DNA of 32,000 nt, from contig JAZOVU010000040.1 in the NCBI GenBank assembly GCA_045658885.1, positions 7,062 through 39,061 of the forward strand, read 5' to 3'. The notes below the pieces were generated by a model that saw nothing but the letters and a program-made list of their open reading frames with translations, was not told the DNA's origin and ran no database searches. Source of the DNA: Candidatus Pelethomonas sp. (GTDB lineage: Bacteria; Bacillota; Clostridia; Oscillospirales; Oscillospiraceae). Both the position numbers and the translations under genes were made by a program. Positions 1 to 9,210 of this stretch are shown piece by piece. The first letter of the stretch is position 1. Each line of letters opens with the position of its first letter.

Positions 1-1120
1 CGGTATCCTTCTCGCCCTTGGTGTAAGAATCGGGACGCTCAGCCTCCATCTTCTTTGCAGTACAGGGCATAATGGAAACAACCACGGTCTTCTTGCCCTG
101 TGCGTTCTCCTCAGCGCGATAGTACTCCTTCAAGATAGCGGAGAACATCTGCTGGGGGCTACGGCAGGTGGAGATATTGGGCTTAAATTCGGGGTACTCG
201 TTCTCGACGAACTTCACCCATGCAGGACAGCAGGAAGTCAGCAGAGGCAACTTCTCGCCCTTGGTGACGCGGTCGAGGAACTCAGCGGACTCCTCCATGA
301 TGGTCAGGTCAGCGGTAAAGGTGGTATCAAACACCTCGTCGAAGCCCATGCGGTGCAGGGCGGCAACGACCTTACCCATAGCATTCTCACCCTTACGCAG
401 GCCAAATGCCTCACCAACAGCGACACGGACAGCAGGTGCAATCTGGGCAACGACACGGGTATTCTTATCACCCAACGCCTGCCATACTTCGGTCATATTG
501 TGGTGAATGGTCAGCGCACCAGTGGGACAGACCACGCGGCACTGGCCACAGCTGACACAGTTGGTGGCGGACAGCTGACGATTGAAAGCAGGTGTCACAG
601 TAGCATCGGTACCGCGATGGGCAAAGCCCAGAACACCAACACCCTGAATCTCGTTACAGACACGGACACAGTTACCGCAGAGGATGCACTTGTTGGGGTC
701 ACGGACAATCGCGGGAGAGGAGAAGTCCACAGGCTCCACCTCGCGGTGATTGTCAAAGCGAATCGTATTTACGCCCAACTGATAGGCCAACTTCTGCAGA
801 GTGCACTTACCATGCTTGTCGCAGGTGGTACAATCACGGCAGTGGGCGGCCAGCAGCAGCTCCACAATCAGCTTGCGGTGCTTACGCAGCTTCTCGGTGT
901 GGGTATAGATAACCATACCGTCACGGGGCTCCTCAGAGCAGGAAGCGAAGCAACGACCGCGGTCGTCCTCCACCGTACACAGACGGCAGGCACCGAAGAT
1001 GGAGAGCTCGGGCTGATAGCACAGCGTAGGAATTTCAATTCCCGCCTTGCGGATAATTGTCAAAAGATTTTTTTCATCGGTAAATTCAACTTTTTTACCA
1101 TTGATTGTAATAGTTCCCAT
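1..1120 (-). CDS. hydA: [FeFe]-hydrogenase catalytic subunit HydA, N-terminal ~373 codons (3' end runs off the left edge)
   Basis: Absent from the ORF track because it is open-ended. My minus-strand translation from ATG 1120-1118 reads MGTITINGKKVEFTDEKNLLTIIRKAGIEIPTLCYQPELSIFGACRLCTVE (NuoG-like 2Fe-2S N-terminus). I checked these motifs in frame: CILCGNCVRVC (about 655-690), TSCCPAWV (about 215-238) and MPCTAKKME (about 45-71), the last two being H-cluster signatures. A GGAGGGG SD lies just upstream, and the gene follows hydC-hydB. Confidence 0.9.
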   Translation of the reverse strand, partial: MGTITINGKKVEFTDEKNLLTIIRKAGIEIPTLCYQPELSIFGACRLCTVEDDRGRCFASCSEEPRDGMVIYTHTEKLRKHRKLIVELLLAAHCRDCTTCDKHGKCTLQKLAYQLGVNTIRFDNHREVEPVDFSSPAIVRDPNKCILCGNCVRVCNEIQGVGVLGFAHRGTDATVTPAFNRQLSATNCVSCGQCRVVCPTGALTIHHNMTEVWQALGDKNTRVVAQIAPAVRVAVGEAFGLRKGENAMGKVVAALHRMGFDEVFDTTFTADLTIMEESAEFLDRVTKGEKLPLLTSCCPAWVKFVENEYPEFKPNISTCRSPQQMFSAILKEYYRAEENAQGKKTVVVSIMPCTAKKMEAERPDSYTKGEKDT

Positions 1121-1133
1121 GTTCTACCCCTCC

Positions 1134-3032
1134 TTATGCCTCGACATAGATAGCGTCAAATGCGCAGTTATCCTTACATGCGCCACACTTGATACACTTG
1201 TCGGCATCAATGGTGTAGGGCGACTTGACAACGCCAGAAATTGCGTTGACAGGGCAGTTGCGTGCGCACTTGGAGCATCCCTTACAGAATTCGGGGTTAA
1301 TCACATAGCGACGCAGAGCAGTACAGGTCTTAGCACGGCACTTCTTGTCCACGATATGCTCAACATACTCGTCACGGAAAGTCTTCAGCGTGGAGATAAC
1401 AGGCAGAGGTGCGCTCTTACCCAGACCGCACAGAGCCATAGTCTGAATCATCTTCGCCAGCTCTTCCAGGGTATCCAAATCTTCCAGCTTACCCTGACCG
1501 TTGACGATGCGCTCCAGAATCTCCAGCATACGCTTGGTACCTTCACGGCAAGGCGTACACTTACCGCAGGACTCACGCTGGGTGAAGCTCATAAAGAAGC
1601 GAGCAACTTCCACCATGCAGGTGTCCTGTCCCATGACGACCATACCGCCAGAACCGACGATAGCATCGAACTTCTTCACGGAGTCGAAATCCAGAGGTTC
1701 ATCCAGATGCTTCTCGGTCAAGCAACCACCAGAGGGACCACCAATCTGCACTGCCTTGAACTCGGCGCCGTTCTTCAGACCGCCGCCGATATCAAAGATG
1801 ATTTGACGCAGGGTAGAACCCATGGGGACTTCAATCAGACCCGTGTTCTCAATGGCACCGGTCAGGGAGAAAGTCTTACAACCAGGGCTTCCGGGGGTAC
1901 CAATGGACTTAAACCACTCTGCACCCTGCAGAATAATCTTGGGAACATTGGCGTAGGTTTCGACATTGTTCAGGACAGTGGGCTTCTCCCACAGACCCTT
2001 CTCAACCGTTCTGGGGGGCTTGGTACGAGGCATACCGCGGTTGCCCTCGATGGAGGCAGTCAGTGCAGAACCCTCGCCACAGACGAATGCGCCTGCGCCC
2101 TTGTTGATGTGCATATGGAAAGAGAAATCTGTGCCCATGATATTGTCGCCCAACAGGCCACGCTCCTCGAGCTGTGCAATAGCGTTCTTCAGTCTAGCGA
2201 CGGACATGGGATACTCTGCACGAACATAGATATAACCGTTCTGGGCATTGACTGCATAACCAGCAATCATCATACCCTCAATCAGCTTGAAGGGGTCGCC
2301 CTCCATGACGGAGCCATCCATGAAGGCACCGGGGTCACCCTCGTCACCGTTACAAACGACATAACGCTCCGTTTCCTTCTGACGGGCAACCTGCTTCCAC
2401 TTCTTACCCGTGGGGAAGCCACCGCCGCCACGGCCGCGCAGACCAGACTGGTCAACCTCGTCGATAACCTCGTCACGGGTCATGTCAAACATGGCCTTCT
2501 TCAGGGCCTCAAAACCGCCAGAAGCCAGATACTCGTCCAGAGATTCTGCGTCAAACTTGCCACAGTTCTCCAGAACGATACGGGTCTGCTTTGCAATAAA
2601 GGGAATTTCGTCGGGCTGTACATAGCAGGTTTCTCCCTTGTGGTACAGCAGACGCTCAATCACTTCGTCACCCAACACGCTCTGCTTGAACACTTCCTCG
2701 CAGTCGTCGGGCTGCACCTTAACATACTGGATGACCTTGTCACCCTTCTGGATACGAACCAGAGGCCCCAGCTCGCAGAAGCCCTGGCAACCAGTCTTCT
2801 TCACGCCAACGGTCTTATCGTCCTGCTCATCATCGTGGCCACCGCAGGGGGAAAACACCAGAGAAACACCGGGGGTATCCTTCACGAGCTTCTCAAAAAT
2901 TTCATGGATTTTATTGGAACCTGTTGCAATACAACCAGTTCCGGAACAAACCAGAATACGGCAATCATACTGGCTCAGCTGTTCAGCAGCTGCGCTCTTT
3001 GCCTGAGAGAGTTCTTCTTTTGTACGAATCAT
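1134..3032 (-). CDS. hydB: NuoF-like flavoprotein subunit of NAD(P)H-dependent/bifurcating [FeFe]-hydrogenase (HydB/HndC type)
   Basis: 632-aa ORF. It has an N-terminal thioredoxin-like Cys cluster (CSGTGC), GLRGRGGGGFPTGKKW (NuoF FMN/NADH site), ESCGKCTPCREG (4Fe-4S), and C-terminal CKGCSKCARNCP and CIKCGACKDNC (2x ferredoxin-type clusters). Confidence 0.9.
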   Translation of the reverse strand: MIRTKEELSQAKSAAAEQLSQYDCRILVCSGTGCIATGSNKIHEIFEKLVKDTPGVSLVFSPCGGHDDEQDDKTVGVKKTGCQGFCELGPLVRIQKGDKVIQYVKVQPDDCEEVFKQSVLGDEVIERLLYHKGETCYVQPDEIPFIAKQTRIVLENCGKFDAESLDEYLASGGFEALKKAMFDMTRDEVIDEVDQSGLRGRGGGGFPTGKKWKQVARQKETERYVVCNGDEGDPGAFMDGSVMEGDPFKLIEGMMIAGYAVNAQNGYIYVRAEYPMSVARLKNAIAQLEERGLLGDNIMGTDFSFHMHINKGAGAFVCGEGSALTASIEGNRGMPRTKPPRTVEKGLWEKPTVLNNVETYANVPKIILQGAEWFKSIGTPGSPGCKTFSLTGAIENTGLIEVPMGSTLRQIIFDIGGGLKNGAEFKAVQIGGPSGGCLTEKHLDEPLDFDSVKKFDAIVGSGGMVVMGQDTCMVEVARFFMSFTQRESCGKCTPCREGTKRMLEILERIVNGQGKLEDLDTLEELAKMIQTMALCGLGKSAPLPVISTLKTFRDEYVEHIVDKKCRAKTCTALRRYVINPEFCKGCSKCARNCPVNAISGVVKSPYTIDADKCIKCGACKDNCAFDAIYVEA

Positions 3033-3508
3033 TAGCCTCTACCTCTCAATTCCTCAAGCACGGCCAAAACCTTCTCCGGGTTCATAGCAGGGTAGACCTG
3101 CTCGTTGACCATCATGGTGGGGGCCAAACCACAGGCACCCAGACAGGAAACGGTTTCAACGGTAAACATCATATCGTCGGTGGTATGCTTCTTCTTGCTC
3201 AATCCCAGCTCTTTCCACAGCGTTTCAAGAACAGGGGTGGAATGGCGAACATGGCAGGCAGTGCCATCGCAAACCTTGATAACATACTTTCCCTTTGCCT
3301 CAAAGGAGAAATTTTCGTAGAAAGTGGCAACAGAGTAAGCCTTGGCCTCGGTAATACCGATTTCCTTTGCCACATAGCTCAGGAGCTCCTTAGGGAGATA
3401 ACGGTACTCCGCCTGAATGTCCTGCATAATGGGAATCAGCGACCTTGCATCCCGTACATAACGGGAAATGATTTCGTCTGTTTTACGGTAGTAAGATTCA
3501 TCCAGCAT
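3032..3508 (-). CDS. hydC: NuoE-like [2Fe-2S] subunit of the hydrogenase (HydC/HndA type)
   Basis: 158-aa ORF with CDGTACHV ... SCLGACGLAP, the NuoE-type 2Fe-2S pattern. Its TAA stop overlaps the hydB ATG by 1 nt (TAATG). An AAGGAG SD precedes the start. Confidence 0.88.
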   Translation of the reverse strand: MLDESYYRKTDEIISRYVRDARSLIPIMQDIQAEYRYLPKELLSYVAKEIGITEAKAYSVATFYENFSFEAKGKYVIKVCDGTACHVRHSTPVLETLWKELGLSKKKHTTDDMMFTVETVSCLGACGLAPTMMVNEQVYPAMNPEKVLAVLEELRGRG

Positions 3509-3703
3509 AAATATGTACTCCTTACTTTTGTGTCACTCAGCGAAGATTGCTGTTTTTTGTCAATCTGCGTTTTATATTATATCGGATATTGTTTTATAAT
3601 GCTATAAACAAAATTTATATTTTTTCATTTGCTTTTTTGTGAATAGTCACTATATTGGCATTTTTTTAACAAACTAAGGTAATTTCCCCTCTGAGCAGAA
3701 AAA

Positions 3704-3852
3704 TTATCAAATCTTTGTGTATAATTTAACATTCTTCCACCCAATTTCTAGGAAATCCTTTTTTCGCTCCAGAAATGACAGCTAGCAAACAGTATTCGCC
3801 TACCCTTTTTACAAAGAAGTAACATTATCAATGCTTTGTGTATTTTTTAACA
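3704..3852. repeat. Two copies of a 28-nt direct repeat (3704-3731 and 3825-3852) in the hydC/trkH divergent intergenic region; each holds a TTGTGTA-N4-TTAACA core
   Basis: TTATCAAATCTTTGTGTATAATTTAACA versus TTATCAATGCTTTGTGTATTTTTTAACA, 24/28 identical by my position-by-position count. Confidence 0.6.
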
Positions 3853-3856
3853 GAGA

Positions 3857-3885
3857 TTGCAATTCCTCTGTATGCATAGTATAAT
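3857..3885 (+). promoter_or_regulatory. Sigma-A type promoter for trkH-trkA
   Basis: TTGCAA (3857-3862), 17-nt spacer, TATAAT (3880-3885), about 57 nt upstream of the trkH ATG. Confidence 0.55.
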
Positions 3886-3942
3886 TCTTTCCATCCATTT
3901 CACTGTCATCGGACGGACTATCAAACAACGAAAGGACCTGTT

Positions 3943-5304
3943 ATGAGCATCCGAGATTCCTTCAAACTGACGACAACGCAGATGATTCTCCTGAGTTTTC
4001 TTGTCGCAATTTTGGCAGGCAGTTTTCTGCTCTCCCTCCCCCTCAGTACCGCAGATGGCAAGGCAGTCCCTTATATCGATGCGCTATTTACTGCGACCAC
4101 AGCTACCTGTGTAACAGGTCTTGTCACATTACCCACCGTATCCACATGGAGTACCTTTGGACAAGTTGTGATTCTGTGCCTTATCCAAATCGGTGGTCTC
4201 GGTATCATCACGATTGTGTCTGCGCTGATGATTCTATTCCACAAAAAAATGGGCATTGGGGAGCGTCTACTCCTCCAAGATGCGTTTAATCTCAATAGCC
4301 TATCTGGTATTGTACGCTTTGTAAAAAAGGTCATGTTGGGCACTTTTTTAGTGGAGGGTATCGGCGCACTGCTGTATATGACGGTCTTTATCCCCGAATT
4401 TGGTCCAAGAGGTATCTGGATTTCGGTATTCACCGCCATCTCTGCATTTTGTAATGCTGGTATTGATATCATCGCGGACAACAGCCTCTGCAATTACGCC
4501 ACCAACCCCATGGTCAATTTCACCACTTGCCTCTTGGTCATTTTGAGTGGTATCGGCTATATCGTGTGGTGGGATGTCATGCGTGTTACGACAACTTCCG
4601 CCAAGAATCGCCGTAAATGGTTCCGCAACCTCACCCTGCACAGCAAAATCGCTATCACAACCACCTGTATTCTGTTGGTAGGCGGTGCGCTTGTCCTGTT
4701 CCTATTGGAGTATAACAATCCACTGACGATACAGGGAATGTCCCTCTTTGACAAAATGCAAGTATCGTTCTTTCAGTCCGTCACCACGCGAACGGCTGGT
4801 TTTGCCACCATCCCCCAAGAGAATTTGACCAACGCATCCGCCCTATTTTGCCTGTTGCTCATGTTCATCGGTGGCTCCCCTGTGGGTACGGCAGGCGGTA
4901 TTAAAACGGTCACAATTGCGGTGCTGGCTGTATCCGCACTGGCTACCATCCAGAACAAGGAGGAAGTATCCCTCTTTGACCGCAGTATTTCCAAGCAAGC
5001 CATTAACAAGGCGGTCGCTGTCACTGCCATGTCTTTCACTATCCTGTCGCTGTCCACACTTCTGCTCTCCGCAGTGACCGACCGCGACACGCTGGATATC
5101 CTCTATGAAACCGTCAGTGCAACGGCAACCGTCGGTCTGACGAGAGATTTGACACCGCATTTGAATCTTGCTGGAAAGGCCATTATCATCGGCACGATGT
5201 ACCTCGGCCGTGTTGGCCCCATCTCTCTGGCACTGGCACTCAATAGCAAGAAAAAACGAATCAATATCATTAAGAACCCGACGGAAGAAATCAGTGTCGG
5301 ATAA
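3943..5304 (+). CDS. trkH: TrkH/KtrB-family potassium uptake membrane subunit
   Basis: 453-aa polytopic ORF with repeated pore-loop-like glycine motifs (QIGGLGIITI, IGGSPVGTAGGIKT) typical of the TrkH/KtrB family. It is followed immediately by an RCK-domain gene. Confidence 0.85.
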   Translation: MSIRDSFKLTTTQMILLSFLVAILAGSFLLSLPLSTADGKAVPYIDALFTATTATCVTGLVTLPTVSTWSTFGQVVILCLIQIGGLGIITIVSALMILFHKKMGIGERLLLQDAFNLNSLSGIVRFVKKVMLGTFLVEGIGALLYMTVFIPEFGPRGIWISVFTAISAFCNAGIDIIADNSLCNYATNPMVNFTTCLLVILSGIGYIVWWDVMRVTTTSAKNRRKWFRNLTLHSKIAITTTCILLVGGALVLFLLEYNNPLTIQGMSLFDKMQVSFFQSVTTRTAGFATIPQENLTNASALFCLLLMFIGGSPVGTAGGIKTVTIAVLAVSALATIQNKEEVSLFDRSISKQAINKAVAVTAMSFTILSLSTLLLSAVTDRDTLDILYETVSATATVGLTRDLTPHLNLAGKAIIIGTMYLGRVGPISLALALNSKKKRINIIKNPTEEISVG

Positions 5305-5315
5305 AGGTGGTCATT

Positions 5316-5966
5316 ATGAGTATACAAAAAACATACGCAGTCTTTGGCTTGGGACGATATGGACTAGCCGTAGCAAGGAAGTTAGTCGAACACGGTGCAG
5401 AGGTCATTGCAGTGGATTTGGACGAAGCTGTCGTCAATGCCGCCGCAAGTGAATTGCCTATCTGCAAGTGTGCGGATATTACCGATGTAGAAGTTGCTAT
5501 CCAGCTCGGCATCCACAATGTAGATATCGTTATCATTGCGATGGCGAGCAATCTGGAGGCCAGTGTGATGGCTGTCACCCTCTGCAAAGAGTTGGGGGTC
5601 AAAACAGTCATCGCCAAGTGTGGCAACGAAATGCACCAGAAGATTTTGACCCGTGTGGGCGCAGACCAAGTGGTCTTTCCCGAGAAAGAATCTGGGATTC
5701 GTCTGGCAAAAAATTTACTCAGCTCTGGCTTTGTGGATATGCTTTCGCTCTCCGACAGAGTATCTCTGGTCGAATTGGAAGTCCGTGAAGATTGGGTTGG
5801 GCGTAGCCTGATTGAATTGAATCTCCGCAAAAAATTCTCCATCAATGTAGTCGCCATTCGCAAAGGCGAGAGTGTTTCTGTGGACATCAACCCTGAAGAA
5901 AAATTGGACAAAAGTGCCACGCTCATTGTCATCGCCAACACGGAGAAGCTGTCTAAAGTCAAATAA
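5316..5966 (+). CDS. trkA: TrkA/KtrA-family RCK (NAD-binding) regulatory subunit
   Basis: Contains the VFGLGRYG Rossmann GxGxxG motif and is about 216 aa (RCK_N + RCK_C size). I prefer ATG 5316 (AAAGGTGG SD at 5303-5310) over the GTG at 5307 used in the track. Confidence 0.85.
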   Translation: MSIQKTYAVFGLGRYGLAVARKLVEHGAEVIAVDLDEAVVNAAASELPICKCADITDVEVAIQLGIHNVDIVIIAMASNLEASVMAVTLCKELGVKTVIAKCGNEMHQKILTRVGADQVVFPEKESGIRLAKNLLSSGFVDMLSLSDRVSLVELEVREDWVGRSLIELNLRKKFSINVVAIRKGESVSVDINPEEKLDKSATLIVIANTEKLSKVK

Positions 5967-5996
5967 TCGGATGGGATTTTTCCTGAAAGTCGGATT

Positions 5997-6048
5997 AAAA
6001 AATAAAAAATGAGAAGCGCACCGCACAGTGAACTTCTCATTTTCTTTA
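5997..6048. terminator. Bidirectional intrinsic terminator between convergent trkA and the ABC ATPase gene
   Basis: ATGAGAAGCGCAC (6009-6021) pairs with GTGAACTTCTCAT (6028-6040). An A-run lies upstream and a T-run downstream. Confidence 0.7.
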
Positions 6049-6094
6049 ACTACTTTGACTGTCCTATTTTGTCCATGTGTGTCATCACTCTTGT

Positions 6095-6889
6095 CTAGGA
6101 CAATTCCGCACCCACATAACGGATATAGGGTATCTTCCCTGCCTCTTTTTGTATCTCCGCCTTGACGCGGAATAATGCTTTCAGATTCTCAGGGGTCAAG
6201 ACTTCTTCGGGTGTTCCCGTACGGAACACCCTACCGTCTTTTATGGCTATGATTCTATCACAGTACTGCATAGCCATATTCATATCGTGGATGGATGTAA
6301 AAATCGTGGTATCTTTGCGACTTTTCATAATATCGAGAATCAGGAATTGATACCCCACATCGAGATGGTTGGTCGGTTCGTCCAAAACAATCAGTTCTGG
6401 ATTTCTGGAAAATGCACTGGCAATGAGAACCTTTTGCTTCTCTCCACCAGACAAACTGAGAAAAGAACGATTCTTGAAATCTAGCATACCAACCGAGGCA
6501 AGGGCTTCTTCACACAGTTTGGTATCATTTGCAGTATTCTTTTCCAGCAGGGTGCGCTTAGAATAGAGGCCAATCATCATAATTTCCATCACGGAAAAGT
6601 CAAAATTGACTTGATTCTCCTGTGCTACCACCGCCATTTGGCGTGCGATTTCCCTGTTGGACATTCGTTCCATTTCTTTGCCATTCAGGTATACACACCC
6701 TGCGGAAGCCTTATTGGCGCGATAGATGGTTTTCAGTAGCGTAGATTTCCCACTTCCATTGGGTCCGATAATACCCACGAAGGAACCTCTCGGAATATCC
6801 AGAGATACCCCTTTGAGCAATTCATGGTGGTCGATTTCATAGTGAATATCCGATACGGATAAAATATTTTCTTTTCCCATAGCCACCAC
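6095..6889 (-). CDS. ABC transporter ATP-binding protein (iron-chelate/cobalamin FecE/FepC-like)
   Basis: Walker A GPNGSGKST, signature LSGGEKQK, Walker B LIVLDEPT. The track start is a GTG at 6889. ATG at 6880 with a GAGGTGG SD is an alternative start. Confidence 0.88.
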   Translation of the reverse strand: MVAMGKENILSVSDIHYEIDHHELLKGVSLDIPRGSFVGIIGPNGSGKSTLLKTIYRANKASAGCVYLNGKEMERMSNREIARQMAVVAQENQVNFDFSVMEIMMIGLYSKRTLLEKNTANDTKLCEEALASVGMLDFKNRSFLSLSGGEKQKVLIASAFSRNPELIVLDEPTNHLDVGYQFLILDIMKSRKDTTIFTSIHDMNMAMQYCDRIIAIKDGRVFRTGTPEEVLTPENLKALFRVKAEIQKEAGKIPYIRYVGAELS

Positions 6890-6890
6890 C

Positions 6891-7940
6891 TCACTGGAAG
6901 GAATATTTGCTGTTCTTCAGAAGTAACAGGAAGAACGGAACGCCAATAAAGGCAGTGACAACACCGATGGGAAGCTCCGAGGGAGCAACTACGACGCGCG
7001 CCAGCGCATCTGCCCAGACCATCAGGATGCCACCCAGCAATACAGCGAATGGTATCATCCGTCGGTGTGCTGTTCCCGCAATGGTTCGTGCAATATGCGG
7101 AATCACCAATCCCACGAAACCAATGGTACCACTCACAGACACCATTACGCCAGTCACCAAACTACTCAGCACAACAATCAACAATTTCAGCCTTGGCACA
7201 TCCACACCCACGGTAATGGCTAATTCTTCCCCGAGGAGCAACGCATCCAATGCTTTATGTGCTGTCAGCATCACACAAAGGCAGAGCACCAACGAAACAA
7301 ACACAGGCAGAACATCGCTCCATGCCACACCAGCAAAAGAGCCAGTCATCCAGAATAAAACAGCCGATAGCTTTTTCTCATTGCTCTGCATGAAAATCAG
7401 CAGATTGGACAGGGCGGAGAACAGGGCAGAGATAGCCGTACCAGACAGAATCAGCTTCGTAGCACTCACACGACCACTCGCACCTGCCAACAGGAACACC
7501 AGTGCAGAGGAAAGAATTGCCCCCAGAAATGCGCCACCTTGCACGGACACTACACCAAGCAGAGGCAGAGTGCCCACTAAGATTGCCGCCGTCGCACCAG
7601 CAGATGCACCAGAGGAAATACCCAATAGATAGGGGTCAGCCATTGAATTTTTCGTCATCGCCTGCATCATAATGCCAACCAAGCTCAACCCTGCTCCCAC
7701 ACAAGCGGCAACCAAGACCTTTGGCAATCGCATTCCCCACACAATGCCATTGGCATACGCTGGCCAGACAACGGGATAGACATCGTTTCCCGTCAGATTG
7801 TTCACCAGAATTTGATACACCCACGCAGGTGTAATATCTACCGCACCGATATGGATAGCCAACACAATCGAAAACAGGAGGAATCCTGCCATCAGGGTAC
7901 AAATTAAAACAAAAAGGGATGTACGAATATTTTTCAGCAT
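6891..7940 (-). CDS. FecCD-family ABC permease
   Basis: 349-aa, very hydrophobic (~10 TM) ORF with glycine-rich FecCD-like segments. It abuts the ATPase gene. Confidence 0.85.
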   Translation of the reverse strand: MLKNIRTSLFVLICTLMAGFLLFSIVLAIHIGAVDITPAWVYQILVNNLTGNDVYPVVWPAYANGIVWGMRLPKVLVAACVGAGLSLVGIMMQAMTKNSMADPYLLGISSGASAGATAAILVGTLPLLGVVSVQGGAFLGAILSSALVFLLAGASGRVSATKLILSGTAISALFSALSNLLIFMQSNEKKLSAVLFWMTGSFAGVAWSDVLPVFVSLVLCLCVMLTAHKALDALLLGEELAITVGVDVPRLKLLIVVLSSLVTGVMVSVSGTIGFVGLVIPHIARTIAGTAHRRMIPFAVLLGGILMVWADALARVVVAPSELPIGVVTAFIGVPFFLLLLKNSKYSFQ

Positions 7941-7987
7941 AAAAACACCACACAGGGCTACATCAAAACGATGCAGCCCCGTCTTCT

Positions 7988-8992
7988 TTAGTCTTCAGGA
8001 TGGAACTTGGAAGCAAGCATAGGAATCGTATCTGCAATGCGCTCACCAACCGTCAGGTCAACTAGACCGATAACGATGAAGTTTTCGTTCTGCACCGCCT
8101 TCATCTGACTGCAAGCAGGATGATTTTTCAGGAAAGTAATCCAGAAATCCGCATCCTCTGCCCCCTCGTAGACACCGAGGACAATCCATTCAGGGTCTGC
8201 GGCAGCAATTTCCTCCCAGCTGACATTCAGCCAAGGGTCAGTCGTATTGTTGATAATATTTGCACCGCCAGCCGTTCGGAAAATGTCTGCCACCAGTGCA
8301 TCACCAGCAGTAAAGGCGGCTTCTTCAGAGGAGTAGGCATCGATATACACGACGCTGACAGGAGCCACATCCGCCATTTGTTCAGCGACAGGTTCAATTT
8401 TTGCTTTCATCTGGGCAACGATTTCTGCGGCGCGTGTTTCTTTGCCGAAAATCTTGCCCATATTGGTAAAGTCGTCGTATACAGACTGTATCTTAGCACC
8501 GTCAATATCGGAAGTCATTGTGTAAGTTCCGATATTGTTCGCAGTGAGAAACTCGTAGGTATAATCAGGAGAACCATTCCAGAACATCATAAAATCAGGT
8601 TCGAGTGCCATAATCATTTCCTGCGAAACCGACCATTCTTCCGTGATACAATGCAGGGAGTCAAAAGCCGCCTTGTACTGGTCGGGAATTACATTTTCCT
8701 GCATCGCATAGCCGACAATGTTCTGCTCCAACCCCAACGCGAGCAACATTTCCGTGGCAGGGCTGGCAAGGGTCACAATACGCTGTGGAATCGTAGCGTA
8801 AGTAAATTCATAGCTCTCGCCTAGAATGACATTTTTCAGTGTGAAATCTTGTGTTCCGGATACTTCGTTCTGTGTATCGCCGTCTGTCTGCGAACCATTA
8901 TTTGCAGGCCCCTCCGTATTGGTGCTACCGCATCCCACCAACAGGCTCATCGTCATCGCTACGACCATGAGAAGCGTCAACAATCGTTTCAT
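7988..8992 (-). CDS. Periplasmic-binding-protein type (BtuF/FhuD-like) substrate-binding lipoprotein
   Basis: Signal peptide plus lipobox (LLVGCGS), 334 aa, first gene of the three-gene importer operon. The ligand cannot be assigned from sequence. Confidence 0.8.
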   Translation of the reverse strand: MKRLLTLLMVVAMTMSLLVGCGSTNTEGPANNGSQTDGDTQNEVSGTQDFTLKNVILGESYEFTYATIPQRIVTLASPATEMLLALGLEQNIVGYAMQENVIPDQYKAAFDSLHCITEEWSVSQEMIMALEPDFMMFWNGSPDYTYEFLTANNIGTYTMTSDIDGAKIQSVYDDFTNMGKIFGKETRAAEIVAQMKAKIEPVAEQMADVAPVSVVYIDAYSSEEAAFTAGDALVADIFRTAGGANIINNTTDPWLNVSWEEIAAADPEWIVLGVYEGAEDADFWITFLKNHPACSQMKAVQNENFIVIGLVDLTVGERIADTIPMLASKFHPED

Positions 8993-9139
8993 AGTATCGT
9001 TCCTTTCTATTTATTTCCGGTACAGCAAGCAGACACTACCGCATGGTGTTTCCGGTCCTTTGCTGCTTGTCCCGGCTATTTTATCATTAAAATACTGACA
9101 AGGGAAGCCACCTAGGGGGATATTCGTTTGCTAAATAGC

Positions 9140-9204
9140 AAAAGAAAAAATGAGAAGCTCACCATACCGTGAACTTCTCATATCTCCGACTGTCACAACA
9201 GTCG
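9140..9204 (-). terminator. Two hairpins downstream of the tRNA; the second is a strong intrinsic terminator
   Basis: CGACTGT-CACA-ACAGTCG at 9187-9204. ATGAGAAGCTCAC (9150-9162) pairs with GTGAACTTCTCAT (9169-9181) and is followed on the minus strand by TTTTTTCTTTT. Confidence 0.7.
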
Positions 9205-9210
9205 TATCTC

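Noticed and set aside
353-3035. Long plus-strand ORFs (266 aa at 353-1153 and 662 aa at 1047-3035), plus several shorter ones
   Set aside because: They are antisense shadows of hydA and hydB. The minus-strand frames carry unmistakable Fe-S, FMN and H-cluster motifs. The plus-strand products are low-complexity (rich in A, L, T, G, Q) and lack SD sequences.
3860-3942. c-di-AMP (ydaO/kimA-type) riboswitch upstream of trkH
   Set aside because: The leader after the predicted promoter is only about 55 nt. It lacks the conserved ACGGGGA and GGGGTGAATC-type elements.
5291-8824. Antisense ORFs 5291-6040(-), 6907-7632(+) and 8120-8824(+)
   Set aside because: Each lies fully inside, and opposite to, a gene with clear family motifs (trkA, FecCD permease, binding protein). 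They have biased, motif-less sequences and no ribosome-binding sites.
8993-9139. Cobalamin riboswitch upstream of the BtuF-like importer
   Set aside because: I searched both strands for the B12 box (AGYCMGGAGACCKGCC-like) and the GCCACTG core. I found only a weak resemblance (AGCCGGGACAAGCAGC), not enough for a call.
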